NCBI GenBank assembly: GCA_963749155.1
Contig: CAVVLO010000002.1
Location: forward strand, 1,120,001-1,184,000
Direction: 5' to 3'
DNA length: 64,000 nt
Source: an uncultured Armatimonadia bacterium
Lineage (GTDB): Bacteria; Armatimonadota; Zipacnadia; CAVVLO01
Made by a program: the position numbers and the translations under genes. The notes under the pieces were generated by a model. The model had not been told where the DNA came from and did no database searches. It saw only the letters and a list, made by a program, of their open reading frames with translations. Positions within the stretch are counted from its first letter, which is position 1, and every line of letters begins with the position of its first letter. Shown here one piece after another: positions 8,709-19,398 of this stretch.

Positions 8709-9010
8709 TATTTTGCCTCCCTGTTGGTGTTGGGGCAGTTGCACGGGCTCTCGTGGCACTTGGGACAACCTTCGGCATAACGCTGGATGGCATCCTCCAG
8801 CCGGATACCGAGCTGCGAGGCGACGGTCGCCGTCCAGGCGAGCACGTCGCTGAACTCGTGCAGCAATTCGGCGCGCTCGCACTTGCGCAAGGCCTTGGCC
8901 AGTTCGCCGACTTCTTCTACCAGCCAGGTGAAGTTGGTCGTGACTGGCCTGGCGCCATCTCGGGCGCCATAAGTGGCTTCGATAACTTTTTGGAACTCGT
9001 CAAAGGTCAT
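8708..9010 (-). CDS. Single-domain MazG-like nucleotide pyrophosphohydrolase
   Basis: WLVEEVGELAKA..HEFSDVLAW (EExxE..ExxD) and C-terminal CPKC..PCNC. Confidence 0.88.
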   Translation of the reverse strand: MTFDEFQKVIEATYGARDGARPVTTNFTWLVEEVGELAKALRKCERAELLHEFSDVLAWTATVASQLGIRLEDAIQRYAEGCPKCHESPCNCPNTNREAK

Positions 9011-9012
9011 AC

Positions 9013-10455
9013 TTACTTCCTCTTCGGTATTTTCGGCCTGGAGATTGATATGCCTTCCGCGCCTGGCTTGAATCCGTAAACCGTTATGGTCGCAGGCAAC
9101 CCTTGTTCGCCATGTAACTTCTTGTCGTTTGACAGTATATCAAAGTCTTTCTGGGCAGCCTCAAGCGCGATAAGGACATCTGCATCGGTGCGCGCGGGAG
9201 CTTCTCGGAGCAGTCGGCGATTGACCAGGCGGTCGTATGCCTCCCGGTCATCCACCTTGTGCCTGAGAGCAGCGTCGGCGATGACCTCGATTGGGAAGAA
9301 TCCCGCCGCCAGTGCCGCTTCGCGGGCACTTTCGATATAGTCAACGCGCGCCTTCGCCTGCTTGGCCGAGTGCGCGACATTGCTCGCGTCGATGATGAGG
9401 CCGCGCGCTTGCCCAAGCAGCACGCGCACCAGAGGACTGCCCTCTTCCTTCAACTGCCGCAGAGCGAGCTCGCCGACGGGAGTCTCCAGTTCTTGTTTAA
9501 CCCGCTCGAGAGCCTTCGGACTGCCACTTTGCAAGGCGCCGTCGAGGCGCGCAAGGAAGAGCTCAAGGTGCTCGAAACTCTCGTCCAGCAGCTCGGAGGT
9601 GAGCTCAAGAGGGAGACTCTTCTCCACTGGAGGGGGTTGTTCAGATTCAGCCTCAGTCCTAGGCACAGGGCTGGTTTCTCCCTCACTCACACTGAGTCCA
9701 AAAGGCGCATACAGGCTGCCAAGTTCGCGAGTCAGGCGGGTGAAGAAGCCTTCGAGTTGCTCTTTGCGGTGGTCGGCTTCGCGCAGCTTGCCGCGCAAAT
9801 CGTCGTTGGAGTCTTTGGCTTGCTTGCACTTGGCAGCGAGCTGGTCAGCAAGGGCTTGCTTCTCCTCCAGCTCGCCGCGCAGATGGTCTCGCTCGCTTTC
9901 CACAGCGCGCAGAGTGCCCCTAAGGTCTTCCAGTCTGGATTCGAGACCGCGCAACTGACGCTGCAGCGACCGAGTTTCGCCGGATTCCGCGGCTGGCGGG
10001 GCAACCTGGCGTTCTTCGACAACAGAGGGCGCCTGCGAGGGAAGGGGAGCACCAGGCGTCCACAGCGCGTGGGGCAACTCGGCCAGGGATGCCAGCGCGC
10101 TGGCATCACCGCGCAGTTCGAGAGCGAGCTGGACGTGGGCCAGGTGCTCGGGCTGGGCACTGGCAACGCTCAGTGCAGCCTGGAAGACCGACTCAGGAGG
10201 AGCTTCCAGAATTGATTTGACTAAGGGGGCATAACAGGTTGTCCACAGCAGAGTCAGATGGCTTCCAAAGACTTCATCTTTGGCTACGGCGTGGAGAAGA
10301 CGGCTCAGGAAGACGGGATCTTTCATCCCTTCAGCATTCGCCCGCAGCCCCTTCAGGAGAGGCTGGGCAGCTCTGCGCTCCACTTGCAGGAACTCTTTCC
10401 TTGTCTGAACAGGCAAGGATTCCCATAAAGCGCGCCAGGCTTGCTCGCTTAACAA
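9013..10455 (-). CDS. Coiled-coil protein with C-terminal PIN-like NYN/Zc3h12a-type RNase domain
   Basis: Central heptad-rich segment; C-terminal acidic motifs IIDASNVAH..VIADAA..DADVLI..ILSND. Confidence 0.7.
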   Translation of the reverse strand: MLSEQAWRALWESLPVQTRKEFLQVERRAAQPLLKGLRANAEGMKDPVFLSRLLHAVAKDEVFGSHLTLLWTTCYAPLVKSILEAPPESVFQAALSVASAQPEHLAHVQLALELRGDASALASLAELPHALWTPGAPLPSQAPSVVEERQVAPPAAESGETRSLQRQLRGLESRLEDLRGTLRAVESERDHLRGELEEKQALADQLAAKCKQAKDSNDDLRGKLREADHRKEQLEGFFTRLTRELGSLYAPFGLSVSEGETSPVPRTEAESEQPPPVEKSLPLELTSELLDESFEHLELFLARLDGALQSGSPKALERVKQELETPVGELALRQLKEEGSPLVRVLLGQARGLIIDASNVAHSAKQAKARVDYIESAREAALAAGFFPIEVIADAALRHKVDDREAYDRLVNRRLLREAPARTDADVLIALEAAQKDFDILSNDKKLHGEQGLPATITVYGFKPGAEGISISRPKIPKRK

Positions 10456-10469
10456 AGAGGCCTCCTGGG

Positions 10470-11267
10470 CTAGGGATGGCAGACATTACAGGGCTTGAAG
10501 CCCTGCTTTATGGCTTCTTCTCTGGACTGCAGATACCTTGCATTGGAGCGGCTGGGCAGATATTTGCAGTCCAGCCGGTGGAATTTCATCGAGCGCGTGT
10601 TGCCAACGTATTTATGACCAGCAGGCGCATCCGCTTTGGTAGTCGCGGTCTGGGCTTTCTGGCGTTCTTCCTGGGAGGCGTGAAGGGCGCGCTTGCCCTG
10701 ATCAAAGTCTTCGGGCGTCTTGTATTTCTGCCAGGCGCCAAGTTTGGCCTCTCGGGCGCGCTGTTGATCTGGCATCCACTTGTTGGGGTCGGCGGGCGAG
10801 GTGCTATAGACCGAGACGATAGCCCAACCTGAGGCGACCATTGCCTGGTTGATAAGCAGCCATTTGCCGTCTTTCTGGACATAGAGCAAGGCTCGGGTGC
10901 GGTCATATTTGTCTTTGGGATTCTTCGCATCGATGAGCAGGGCAAGCTGCTTGCCCTTGGCCAGGCCAGCCAGATACTGCCGCGCATCATCGTAGCCATA
11001 CCAGCCTGATTCGGGGGAGTCAATGCCAATAAGACGGATCTCGCGCTTGCCGTTAGTGACTAGAGTATCGCCATCAACGACTTTGGTGCATTCCTCCAGC
11101 ACAGCACCCTTGGGGGGGGCGACCTGGGTTGCAGGCTGAGTTGGCGCAACCTGGGCTGCTGATACTGATGGGGTCGGCGCAATCGCAGCCGGCTCGGGCT
11201 TGCAGCCAGCAAGCGGCAGCAACAGAACGAGCAGGAGTGGCCAGAATACTCGGATCCTCATAGGCAT
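10470..11267 (-). CDS. Lipoprotein: thermonuclease (SNase) domain plus C-terminal Ada-type metal-binding domain
   Basis: Lipobox LAGC; VVDGDT..IRLIGIDSPE..DKYDR; YVGNTRSMKFHRLDC..GFKPCNVCHP. Confidence 0.9.
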   Translation of the reverse strand: MPMRIRVFWPLLLVLLLPLAGCKPEPAAIAPTPSVSAAQVAPTQPATQVAPPKGAVLEECTKVVDGDTLVTNGKREIRLIGIDSPESGWYGYDDARQYLAGLAKGKQLALLIDAKNPKDKYDRTRALLYVQKDGKWLLINQAMVASGWAIVSVYSTSPADPNKWMPDQQRAREAKLGAWQKYKTPEDFDQGKRALHASQEERQKAQTATTKADAPAGHKYVGNTRSMKFHRLDCKYLPSRSNARYLQSREEAIKQGFKPCNVCHP

Positions 11268-11355
11268 GGCTCCCGAAGCACAGACTGGACGCCAAATTTC
11301 ATTTGCGACGCCCAGTCCAGTTTATCGCTTTGGTGCTTGAAGCTCAAGACGCGGT

Positions 11356-12495
11356 CTAGCGTTCAATGCCCCTGGCGGCCAGGTACGCCTCTACTTCGGA
11401 AAGTGGCATATCGCCCATCGGCTTGCAACCGGGCGGGGGCCAGCCGCGTTCGGCGTGGAGGAAAAGCCGTGTGTCGGGCTGCAACTGGTCGAAGACGTAG
11501 TCGAGATAATCAAGAGGCGTGTCAAAAGTGCGGTCTTTGGTCAGACCTACCCGGATGCTTATCGCGATATCGGCAGGGGTGAAAACTTCGACCGCTTTTG
11601 CGAAGTCAGCCTCGCCTGCCGCCATATCGGCGCAGTAAAGGCCCTCGGTCGCCGCCATATGCTCGAAGTTGAAGGCGAACTCGCCGCAAGAATGCACTGA
11701 TAACCCGTTGAACTCGCGCGCCAGGCGTTCGTTGCAGGGCTTGGCAAATTCTTCATACAGGTTGGGCGAGACCGTAGCGAGCAGGTCTTCGCTGATGGAG
11801 AGGCCCTTCCCCGGCGGTACCCAGAAATCGGGGCAGTGCATTTTGACGAACTCGCCCTGGACGACTTCTTCCTGCAGCTTTACGAAGTCGACGATAAGCT
11901 GGGTGACCATATCCAGCACCTGGGCGACGGCTTCGGGCGCCTCGTAGAAGGAGGTCATAAAGTCGGTGTAGTCCCAGATGAGGGAAGCGGTATCGAGCGG
12001 CCCCTGGATATCAGTGACGCGGACGGGCAGTTGCCAGTCAGTAGCCTCGCCGAGGAAGCGGGTGAACTCCAGCACCTGGCCGAGTTGGCCTTCGGTAGGC
12101 TCGGGCTGGCGCAGCTTGCTGACATCGTCAGGGCAGCGGACGATAGGACGGGTCCAGGGCTGATCCCAATCGGGGAAGGTTACCTCGCAGCCAAAGGCGG
12201 AGGCCAGCACCCCAGTGCCGAGATAAGGGAAAACCATCGGCACCCAGTCGTCGCGGAACTGGGCGCGAGCGCGGCAGGTGGCAAGCTGGGCCTGGAGATT
12301 GTAGTCCCAGTCCCAGAAGGCCTCGCGAGTATTTTTACCCGTGGGATATTTGGCATCGAAGCCCTCGGGCCAGGGCCAGCCAGACTTGTGCAGGGCGGGA
12401 GCCTTGCTCTCGCCGCTCCAGAAAGCCCTGAGGCGGGCCTTGCGTTCCTCTATCATCGCCTGGCTGAAGCCAGTCTGCTGCTCAAGGTTGAACAT
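11356..12495 (-). CDS. Uroporphyrinogen decarboxylase / cobamide methyltransferase (UroD/MtaA) family protein
   Basis: DIQGPLDTA, SISED..VSPNLYEEF, VHSCG motifs. Confidence 0.75.
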   Translation of the reverse strand: MFNLEQQTGFSQAMIEERKARLRAFWSGESKAPALHKSGWPWPEGFDAKYPTGKNTREAFWDWDYNLQAQLATCRARAQFRDDWVPMVFPYLGTGVLASAFGCEVTFPDWDQPWTRPIVRCPDDVSKLRQPEPTEGQLGQVLEFTRFLGEATDWQLPVRVTDIQGPLDTASLIWDYTDFMTSFYEAPEAVAQVLDMVTQLIVDFVKLQEEVVQGEFVKMHCPDFWVPPGKGLSISEDLLATVSPNLYEEFAKPCNERLAREFNGLSVHSCGEFAFNFEHMAATEGLYCADMAAGEADFAKAVEVFTPADIAISIRVGLTKDRTFDTPLDYLDYVFDQLQPDTRLFLHAERGWPPPGCKPMGDMPLSEVEAYLAARGIER

Positions 12496-15043
12496 ACCAG
12501 GCTCCTTCTACTGCTTCACATACTCGCTGATGGTGAGTTGGGCAGCGAGGTCGGCCGGAGCGCCGCTGGACCTTCAGCCGGCGGGTCTCGCCGGGCAGCA
12601 GGTCGAAGTAGTTGTCTTCGAGCCACAGCTCATCGGGGCCTTCGATAGCCACTGTGCGCACCAGGCGCGGAGCGGAGACGGTCAGTACGCCCTCTCCCTC
12701 ACCCCCTGGCGTAAAACTCCAGGTCACTTCCGGCTCTCCGAGGGCCATATCGCGCAGCTCCGAGAAGTAGTAGAGGGCTCGAGCGAGTTCCTTCCCATCG
12801 GCTTCGAGCTTCGCAACCAGCAACTGGCAGGTCGGCTCGGTGATGGCGTCAGTTGGTAGTGCGAGGTCCGGGACTACCCGGCCGTTGGCAGGGACGGTCA
12901 AGGGCTGCGAGACCTCAGCCAGCACTTCTCCCTCGTAAGTCAGCGCCTGCACCTTCAGAGTGCCAGAAACCGGCTCCGGGGCATCGTTCACCGCGTGGAG
13001 GACGAGTTCAGGCACATCCTGGAAGGTGAGCAGCAGCGGAGCATAGGCGCGCCGGGCCGCGTAGAAGGCGGGCTTTGGGCGGCGATAGTAGTCGATTATG
13101 CTCCAGCTTGTCACGGGCCAGCAGTCCTCGAACTGCCAGAAGAGACTGCCCGCACAGTGGAACTTGAGACTGCGGAAGTGCTCTATGGCGCACTTCAGGC
13201 CTTCCATATGCATAACCTGGGCCTGCTTCACGAAGCGCTCGAAGTCATCTCCCGCGGGGTTGAAGTAGCCGTCCACAAGCAGCTGCGTCCGAGAGTGGCC
13301 GGCGTCGTGCTTGTTGTGGAAGAGATAGACTTCGCTATCCAGGCGCAAATCTTCGGGGGCTGACCAGGCCTCGATGGTCTTCAGCACCGGAGGCGACTGG
13401 ATGCCGTATTCGCCGTAAAAGCGCCCGTGCTCGAAGCGATAGCCGCGGATGTCTACTTTCTCGAAAGTGGCGGTCCAGTCGGCAGGCTCGCCGGGCTTTA
13501 CATCGGGCGCAGCGCCCCAGGGCAGATACGCGTGGCGAGAGCCGGAATCCTGTGAATTGGGGTCGAGTGCGCCTCCCCAGGGACTGCTCGGACGGTAGGG
13601 GCGTGTCGGGTCCAGCACCGCACAGTGAGCTGGAATCAGCTTGTGATACAGGATATGGGCACGATGGGGGAAGGTCGCATCACCGCACCAGTTCTGATAG
13701 AAAGCCCAGTCGTTCTCGTTGTTGCCGCACCAGCAGGCGATGGAGGGATGGTTGCGCAGCCGGCGCAGCACGGACTGGACCTCGGTATCCACCGCCAGGA
13801 CGAACTCGTGGTCATCGCCTGGGTAATCGGCGCAGGCGAACATAAAATCCTGCCAGACGAGTATGCCAAGCTCATCGCACAGCTCGTAGAAAGCGTCCTG
13901 CTCGTAGATGCCTCCGCCCCAGATACGCAGCATATTCATATTGGCATCGAGGGCCATCTGCAGCAGGCGCTCATATTCGGCGCGGCCCAGGCGCGGCAGG
14001 AAGCTGTCAGCGGGAATCCAGTTGGCGCCTTTGCTGAATATGGGCCGACCGTTAAGCTCCAGGATGAAGCTGCTGCCGGACTCATCAGGGTCGGGCGTCT
14101 CGTCGAAGCGGACTTCCCGTATCCCGAAGCGGGTGCTTGTCAGGTCTTCCTGGGCCCCGTCCACGGAGAGCTGACAGTTAAGGGTATAAAGGGGCTGATC
14201 GCCCTGGCCGGCGCACCACCAGAGGTGCGGGTCCTCCACGCGGAAGGTCTCGATGAGGCGACTCTTGCCCTCGGCAGAGAAAGGTGTTTGTTGCTGCCAG
14301 ACCAGCTTGCCGGCTTCATCGGTCGCGGTGAGGGCAAGTTCGGCGAAGTGGGCGCCTTCGGTCAGCGCCTCGACCTCGACAAAGACAGTAACCTGGGCAG
14401 CGCCGTCAGCCAGCAGGCGAGTGCGGACGCAGGTGTCAGTGAGGCGCAGGTTGCGGAAGCCAGCAAGGTAGACGTCCTTCCACACCCCGCAGGTGGCAAG
14501 CCGCGGACCCCAGTCCCAGCCGAAGCTGTACTGCGCCTTGCGCAGATACTGGCGTTTGCTCTCGGGTTTGAAGGCCCAATAGCGATCGGCAGGTTTATCT
14601 CGCAGCGCCCACTTGGGCGGGGTGAAGCGGACCAGCAGTTCGTTGTCTGGCTTCAGCAGCCCGGTGACATCGGCCTCGTGAGCGATGAACATATTGGCAA
14701 AGCTGGCAAGCTCCAGGCCGTTGAGATAGACGGTGGCGAGCGTATCCAGGCCTTCAAAAACCAGCTTCAGCGGCCCTGAGGCGTTCGGCGGGTCGTAGTG
14801 GAAGCGGGTGCGATACCAGAAAACCTGATCTTCAAGCCAGTAAGAGTCCTCTTCCTGCTTGCGGAAGAAGGGATCTGCCAGCCTGCCGGCGGCCATCAGG
14901 TCGGTGTGAGAGCAGCCTGGGACGGTAGCGGGCAGCCACTCACAGTTCGCCAGGTCGTCAGGACGTTCGAGTACCGTGGGGTCACCGAAAGCAAGCTCCC
15001 AATCGGCGCCGGAGAGGTTGATCAGGATATTACTGGTTCTCAT
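12482..15043 (-). CDS. Beta-mannosidase, glycoside hydrolase family 2
   Basis: FEGLDT, RKAQYSFGWDWGP, KGANWIP, LRIWGGG, WQDFMFAC, WCGNNE, FWQFEDCWP..WS. Confidence 0.93.
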   Translation of the reverse strand: MRTSNILINLSGADWELAFGDPTVLERPDDLANCEWLPATVPGCSHTDLMAAGRLADPFFRKQEEDSYWLEDQVFWYRTRFHYDPPNASGPLKLVFEGLDTLATVYLNGLELASFANMFIAHEADVTGLLKPDNELLVRFTPPKWALRDKPADRYWAFKPESKRQYLRKAQYSFGWDWGPRLATCGVWKDVYLAGFRNLRLTDTCVRTRLLADGAAQVTVFVEVEALTEGAHFAELALTATDEAGKLVWQQQTPFSAEGKSRLIETFRVEDPHLWWCAGQGDQPLYTLNCQLSVDGAQEDLTSTRFGIREVRFDETPDPDESGSSFILELNGRPIFSKGANWIPADSFLPRLGRAEYERLLQMALDANMNMLRIWGGGIYEQDAFYELCDELGILVWQDFMFACADYPGDDHEFVLAVDTEVQSVLRRLRNHPSIACWCGNNENDWAFYQNWCGDATFPHRAHILYHKLIPAHCAVLDPTRPYRPSSPWGGALDPNSQDSGSRHAYLPWGAAPDVKPGEPADWTATFEKVDIRGYRFEHGRFYGEYGIQSPPVLKTIEAWSAPEDLRLDSEVYLFHNKHDAGHSRTQLLVDGYFNPAGDDFERFVKQAQVMHMEGLKCAIEHFRSLKFHCAGSLFWQFEDCWPVTSWSIIDYYRRPKPAFYAARRAYAPLLLTFQDVPELVLHAVNDAPEPVSGTLKVQALTYEGEVLAEVSQPLTVPANGRVVPDLALPTDAITEPTCQLLVAKLEADGKELARALYYFSELRDMALGEPEVTWSFTPGGEGEGVLTVSAPRLVRTVAIEGPDELWLEDNYFDLLPGETRRLKVQRRSGRPRCPTHHQRVCEAVEGAWYVQP

Positions 15044-16098
15044 TGGAAGCCTCCGAGGACGCCTCAGGCGGCTCGCAGCCGGCCTCGGCGGTCGGGGGCT
15101 GGGGCTCTCCCGAGGCCTCGGCCAGTGCAGAGAGCTTGAGGTGCATCAGGTTTAGATAATAGAGGCCAATCATTGTAATGGGCACAAAAATGACTGTGTG
15201 AAGTATCAGTGCATACGAGGCAGCCTGGGCTGCAGTCACAACTTCAGGCCTGGCAACAGTCTGGGCCATATGGGTGGTGAAAAATTCAAAGGGCCCAACG
15301 AAACCGGGCGATGAGGGCACCATAATGCCGAGATTGGTAACAATCGCGGTAAGTGCCGAGGCGAAGTAGTTCAGCGGAAGCTTCAAGGCCTGGGCGACGA
15401 AATAGAAAGCGGCGCCTTCCATAAACCAGATGACAAGTGACCAAAGACTGACTTTGAGCAAGAGAACTGGATTGCGCAGGCAAGCAAAGCCGGCGAGCAT
15501 CGAGGGGATCTTGTAACGCACCTGGTCGCGCAGGCGGGCAGGCAGGAAGCGCGCAAGCGCATTGGCGAGACGCTCAGTGCGACTGGGCGAAAAAGCAACA
15601 ATAAGGACGGCCAGGGCAAGCCCTAGCAAGATCAGGCTGGCCAGCAGCAAATAATGCCTGATATCCGGGGGCAAGGGAAAAAGCAACAGGCTGACAAAAG
15701 CGAGTACCAAGCAGGCTGAGGCCATCGAACATACGCTCTACTACGATGGTGGTGAAGACTGTAGTTTTTGACAGGCCGACCTTGCGACCGAGGACATAAG
15801 CCCGGGTGAACTCTCCAGCGCGCAAGGGCAGGACATTATTTACTGCAAAGCCGATAGCGACAGCATGCCAGAGATCCGTAATTTCTATACGCTGGACAGG
15901 TTCGAGAAGGACACGCCAGCGCAGAGTCGGCAAGTAGAGGCGGGTCAGGTCGACAACCACAGCGACGGCCAGCAGCGGGAGCGAGACCTGACGCACAGTC
16001 TCGAGCAGTTCCGCGAAGTCTACCTTATGGAAAGCCAGGTAGAGCATCACGAGGCTGATTATCAAGCCTATCAGGATTGACCGGCTGCGATGCTTCAC
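15030..16098 (-). CDS. Lysylphosphatidylglycerol-synthase TM / flippase-like membrane protein, frameshifted near 15708
   Basis: NNVLPLRAGEFTRAY..VVERMFD in ORF 15574-16098 continues as LVLAFVS..VPSSPGFVGPFE in ORF 15030-15725; removing one base joins them. Confidence 0.82.
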
Positions 16099-17210
16099 AG
16101 GTCGGCAGGCTCCTCTCGAGCTAGTTCTGGCATCTGGGGTAAAGCCAAATGCGCGGGTGGCTCGTAATCAAAGGTCAGATTTATACCCAGGCTGCGCCGG
16201 ACCAGCCGTTGCAGGGCAGCCAGATGGGCCTTGAAGGTCAACTGACGCCTTGCGAAAAGCGCAGCTTCCTGCCCCAGAGCAGTGGCTTCTTCTGGCTGGC
16301 GCCACAGATAATTCAAAGCTTCGGCAAGTTGCTCGGGCTGACTCGGTTCGACCAATAAACCAGAGCGCCCATGCTCGACATAATCGCCCATACCCCAGGT
16401 GGCCGAGGCAACGACAGGCCTGCCCAGGGCTAGCGCGTTAGCTAGAACGGACAGACCAGCCACCCAGCTTACAGGCTTGAGGGGCATCGCGACAAGCCGG
16501 CTGGTGGCGAGGCGTTCGCGAAACTCCTGGCCGGAAACAGGCCCAAGCACGGTAAGGTTGCCCGGAGGACGCTTGGCAGGAAGTCTGGCGGGCTCAGTGA
16601 CGACCTCGATAGGCGCCTCGACAAGCCTGGCCGCCTCATAGAGAGTCTCGAAATCACGCTGATAGATGCCCCCACAAAAGATTACATCGCGCACAGGGCG
16701 CGTCTCCTGGGCATAGCGGAACACCGTTGGCGAGGCATAATGCCTGACAAGCCCAAGCCTGGCAGGATCGGCTCCCAGCAATCTTTGAAAGCGGGCGATA
16801 TCCTCGCTGGCAAGACAGCCAAGGCCTGCCTGACCGAGTACGAGCCTGGTGAGTTGACGCTGCAAGCGCCATCTCAGGTTGGGGGCCATCTCGGGGGGAT
16901 AATGGGCATCCACGGCAACGAAGGGGATCTCTTTCAAACCCAGCAAGCGGAAGATGCTTCCAGCGACAAGCAGCTCGAGAGCGCCTTCTGAGACCAGCAG
17001 GTCGGCGTTTTCACGAACAGCCAGATGAGCAGCTCGGGCGGCAGCCAGCACATAGTTGGGCAGAACACTGGCAGCACTAGGAGGATGGCCTCGGGTGGGC
17101 AATTTGGGCAAAGCGCGCACCACCAGGGCATTGCGAACCCAGGCCCAGGTCTCGGGTGCGCCATAGGCTGCCGATACAACAACTCTGGCCGGTTGCTTAA
17201 TGCCTGGCAT
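16095..17210 (-). CDS. Glycosyltransferase family 4 (GT-B)
   Basis: GGIYQRDFETL..GLSVLANALALGRPVVAS..DYVEHGRSGLLV; the usual second Glu is Asn. Confidence 0.8.
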   Translation of the reverse strand: MPGIKQPARVVVSAAYGAPETWAWVRNALVVRALPKLPTRGHPPSAASVLPNYVLAAARAAHLAVRENADLLVSEGALELLVAGSIFRLLGLKEIPFVAVDAHYPPEMAPNLRWRLQRQLTRLVLGQAGLGCLASEDIARFQRLLGADPARLGLVRHYASPTVFRYAQETRPVRDVIFCGGIYQRDFETLYEAARLVEAPIEVVTEPARLPAKRPPGNLTVLGPVSGQEFRERLATSRLVAMPLKPVSWVAGLSVLANALALGRPVVASATWGMGDYVEHGRSGLLVEPSQPEQLAEALNYLWRQPEEATALGQEAALFARRQLTFKAHLAALQRLVRRSLGINLTFDYEPPAHLALPQMPELAREEPADL

Positions 17211-18300
17211 TGGGGGCGACTCCTTCAAGCAGGTCGAGTTCGCGTTCAAGCAGGACTTCCAACTCGTAGTTCTGGACGATGAAAGCTCGGGCGGCAGCAC
17301 CAAGCTGTCTCGACAGATTGTCATCTTCGAGTATGCGTTCTAGCGCCACAGCCAGCTTTTTGGGGTCATCAGAAGCCACTAGTAGCCCTGTTTGGCCATC
17401 TACCAGCACATCTCGGGTGCCTGGCACATCAGCCCCGACGCAGGGCAAGCCGATGGCCATAGCCTCAAGCAGAGCTTTGGGGTGACCTTCCCATTTACTT
17501 GGCAGGACGAAGGCTTTGGCCTGGCGCAGCAGGTCAGGCAACTCGGGGTGAGGCACGACACCAAGGAAGCGGACCTCGAGGCCAAGTTCGGTGGCAAGCT
17601 GGCGAAGGTCAGGCTCAAGTGAGCCAGCGCCTACCAGTGTGACCGGAACAGGCTTCGGGAGCAACGCGACGGCCCGCAGCAAGAGGTCGAGGCGTTTCTG
17701 AGGGGCCAGGCGGCCTATATAGATGAGCCCTTCACGCGGGGCATCAGGCGCGGCCGGGTGGAACAGGGCTGTATCCACGCCATTAGGGATGAGGTGGACA
17801 CGCTCAGCCGGCACAAAGCCCTCGAGATAACGCTTCAGGATGGGCGTCGTTGCGATCAGTGCGTCGGCAAACTGGATAGTCAGGCGTGTCGTGAAGGAGG
17901 CAAGCATCGCGCGCAGAGGGCCCTTGTCCTGATAGGCCGCGCGCGAGTAATGGAACCCGTATGATGCGACATAGGGCGTGCCCAGAAAAAGCTTCGCCAG
18001 AACCGCTGGCAGGCCCCCTTCAGCCTGAGTGACCCGGATAACATCACACTGGCGTAGTTGACGCCACCTGAAGAAGGGCATCAGGAAGCTGTAAAGGATA
18101 CGCTTGCCAAGAGGAGCGCCAGGCAGCAGCGTAAGGCCTGGCAGGCTAACATCCTGCGGGTCATATGAAAAGTAGAAAACCTGGTCGAAGCGGCGGTGAT
18201 ATGCAGCCAGATAAAAACTGGCAAAGCGAGGCAGTTGGCCTGCTTTTGCCAGGTCTTTCAGCGAGCCCCCTGGAGGTGGTATCAGGCCGAGGATTGGCAA
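17197..18300 (-). CDS. Glycosyltransferase family 4
   Basis: IPNGVD, YIGRLAPQK, LPSKWEGHPKALLEAMA (E-x7-E). Confidence 0.92.
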   Translation of the reverse strand: MPILGLIPPPGGSLKDLAKAGQLPRFASFYLAAYHRRFDQVFYFSYDPQDVSLPGLTLLPGAPLGKRILYSFLMPFFRWRQLRQCDVIRVTQAEGGLPAVLAKLFLGTPYVASYGFHYSRAAYQDKGPLRAMLASFTTRLTIQFADALIATTPILKRYLEGFVPAERVHLIPNGVDTALFHPAAPDAPREGLIYIGRLAPQKRLDLLLRAVALLPKPVPVTLVGAGSLEPDLRQLATELGLEVRFLGVVPHPELPDLLRQAKAFVLPSKWEGHPKALLEAMAIGLPCVGADVPGTRDVLVDGQTGLLVASDDPKKLAVALERILEDDNLSRQLGAAARAFIVQNYELEVLLERELDLLEGVAPNARH

Positions 18301-19398
18301 GAGACCACCTTCTTAAGCCCTTCCATCACCTGGGCTACGGTTATTTGCTCCAGGCAGTCACATTTGGCAAGGGGTGGATTTCTATGCCAGGGAGTCTGAA
18401 TACAAGGCGAGCAAGGCGCTGGCGACCGGATTATGACATGGTCCCCTCCAACTGGGCGGCCTGGCAAGTCATCCCAGGGGCCGAAGAGAGCGACAACCGG
18501 GCAACCAACAGCCGAGGCGAGGTGACATAGCCCCCCATCGGTCGAGAGCAGGGCCTGACAGCAAGCGAGCAGCGCGCCCGACTGCGCCCAGGAGGCAAGG
18601 GGAGCCAGCACAGGAGAGCCGGGCAGGGAGCGCGTCACGCACAGCCTCAACCTCAGGGCGTTCTTCTGGAGAGCCAAGCAAGACCAAGCCGAAACCTTCG
18701 CCAAGTAGATTTATGGCAACTTCAATATAACGCTCCACAGGCCAGCAAAATTGATAAGCCTGGCCCGGATAATCTCGCGGTTTGCTCTTGCCGCTGCCAG
18801 GCGCAATTGCAATAAAAGTCTTTGGTTCAAGAGGCGCAATTTGCGACGCGGCCCAAGTCACTGCTTCCTCAGAGGGCACGAAGACTTCTCGCAGAAGCGG
18901 GGCATCAGGCACGGACAAGCCAGCCTGCCTGGCAAGGTCCAGGAAGACCTCCGAATAATGGCGCGGAGCGCCCCAGTCAGCAGGATGTGAATCCAGACAG
19001 GCGGTATCACCTCCGCCAAGTGAAGCTCGGATCGGCGTCCTGGCAAGCCGGGCGGCAATCCGGGCGACAGGATTTGCCTCAAGCATCAGAGCGATGTCGG
19101 GTTTGAAACGCCGGATGGCACGGATTAAAGCCAGTCGACCGGCAGGGCCAGGCTGTTCGACAAGCAATTCATCTACATAAGGGTTATTCTGTATAGCTGC
19201 CAGCGCGGAAGGCGCAACGAGATAAGCCAGCTTCAGATCAGGACTGGCCTGCTTGAGCCCGGCAAGCAAAGGAGTCGTCATCAGCACATCTCCCAGCTTG
19301 CCGCGTCGAGTGATTAGTATCCGAGCAGGCTGTCCCGTCAATTTGCGAGGAGGAAAGAGCGCCGCAAGCAGATTATAAGCGAGGTGTTTCAGGCTCAC
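18282..19398 (-). CDS. Glycosyltransferase family 9 (heptosyltransferase-like), frameshifted near 18620
   Basis: KLGDVLMTTPLL..NNPYVDE..WPVERY, then STDGGLCHLASAVGCPVVALFGP in the adjacent frame. Confidence 0.85.

Noticed and set aside
11283..11317. Hairpin upstream of the nuclease gene as a terminator
   Set aside because: An 11-bp stem exists on the minus strand but lacks a U-tract; function unsupported
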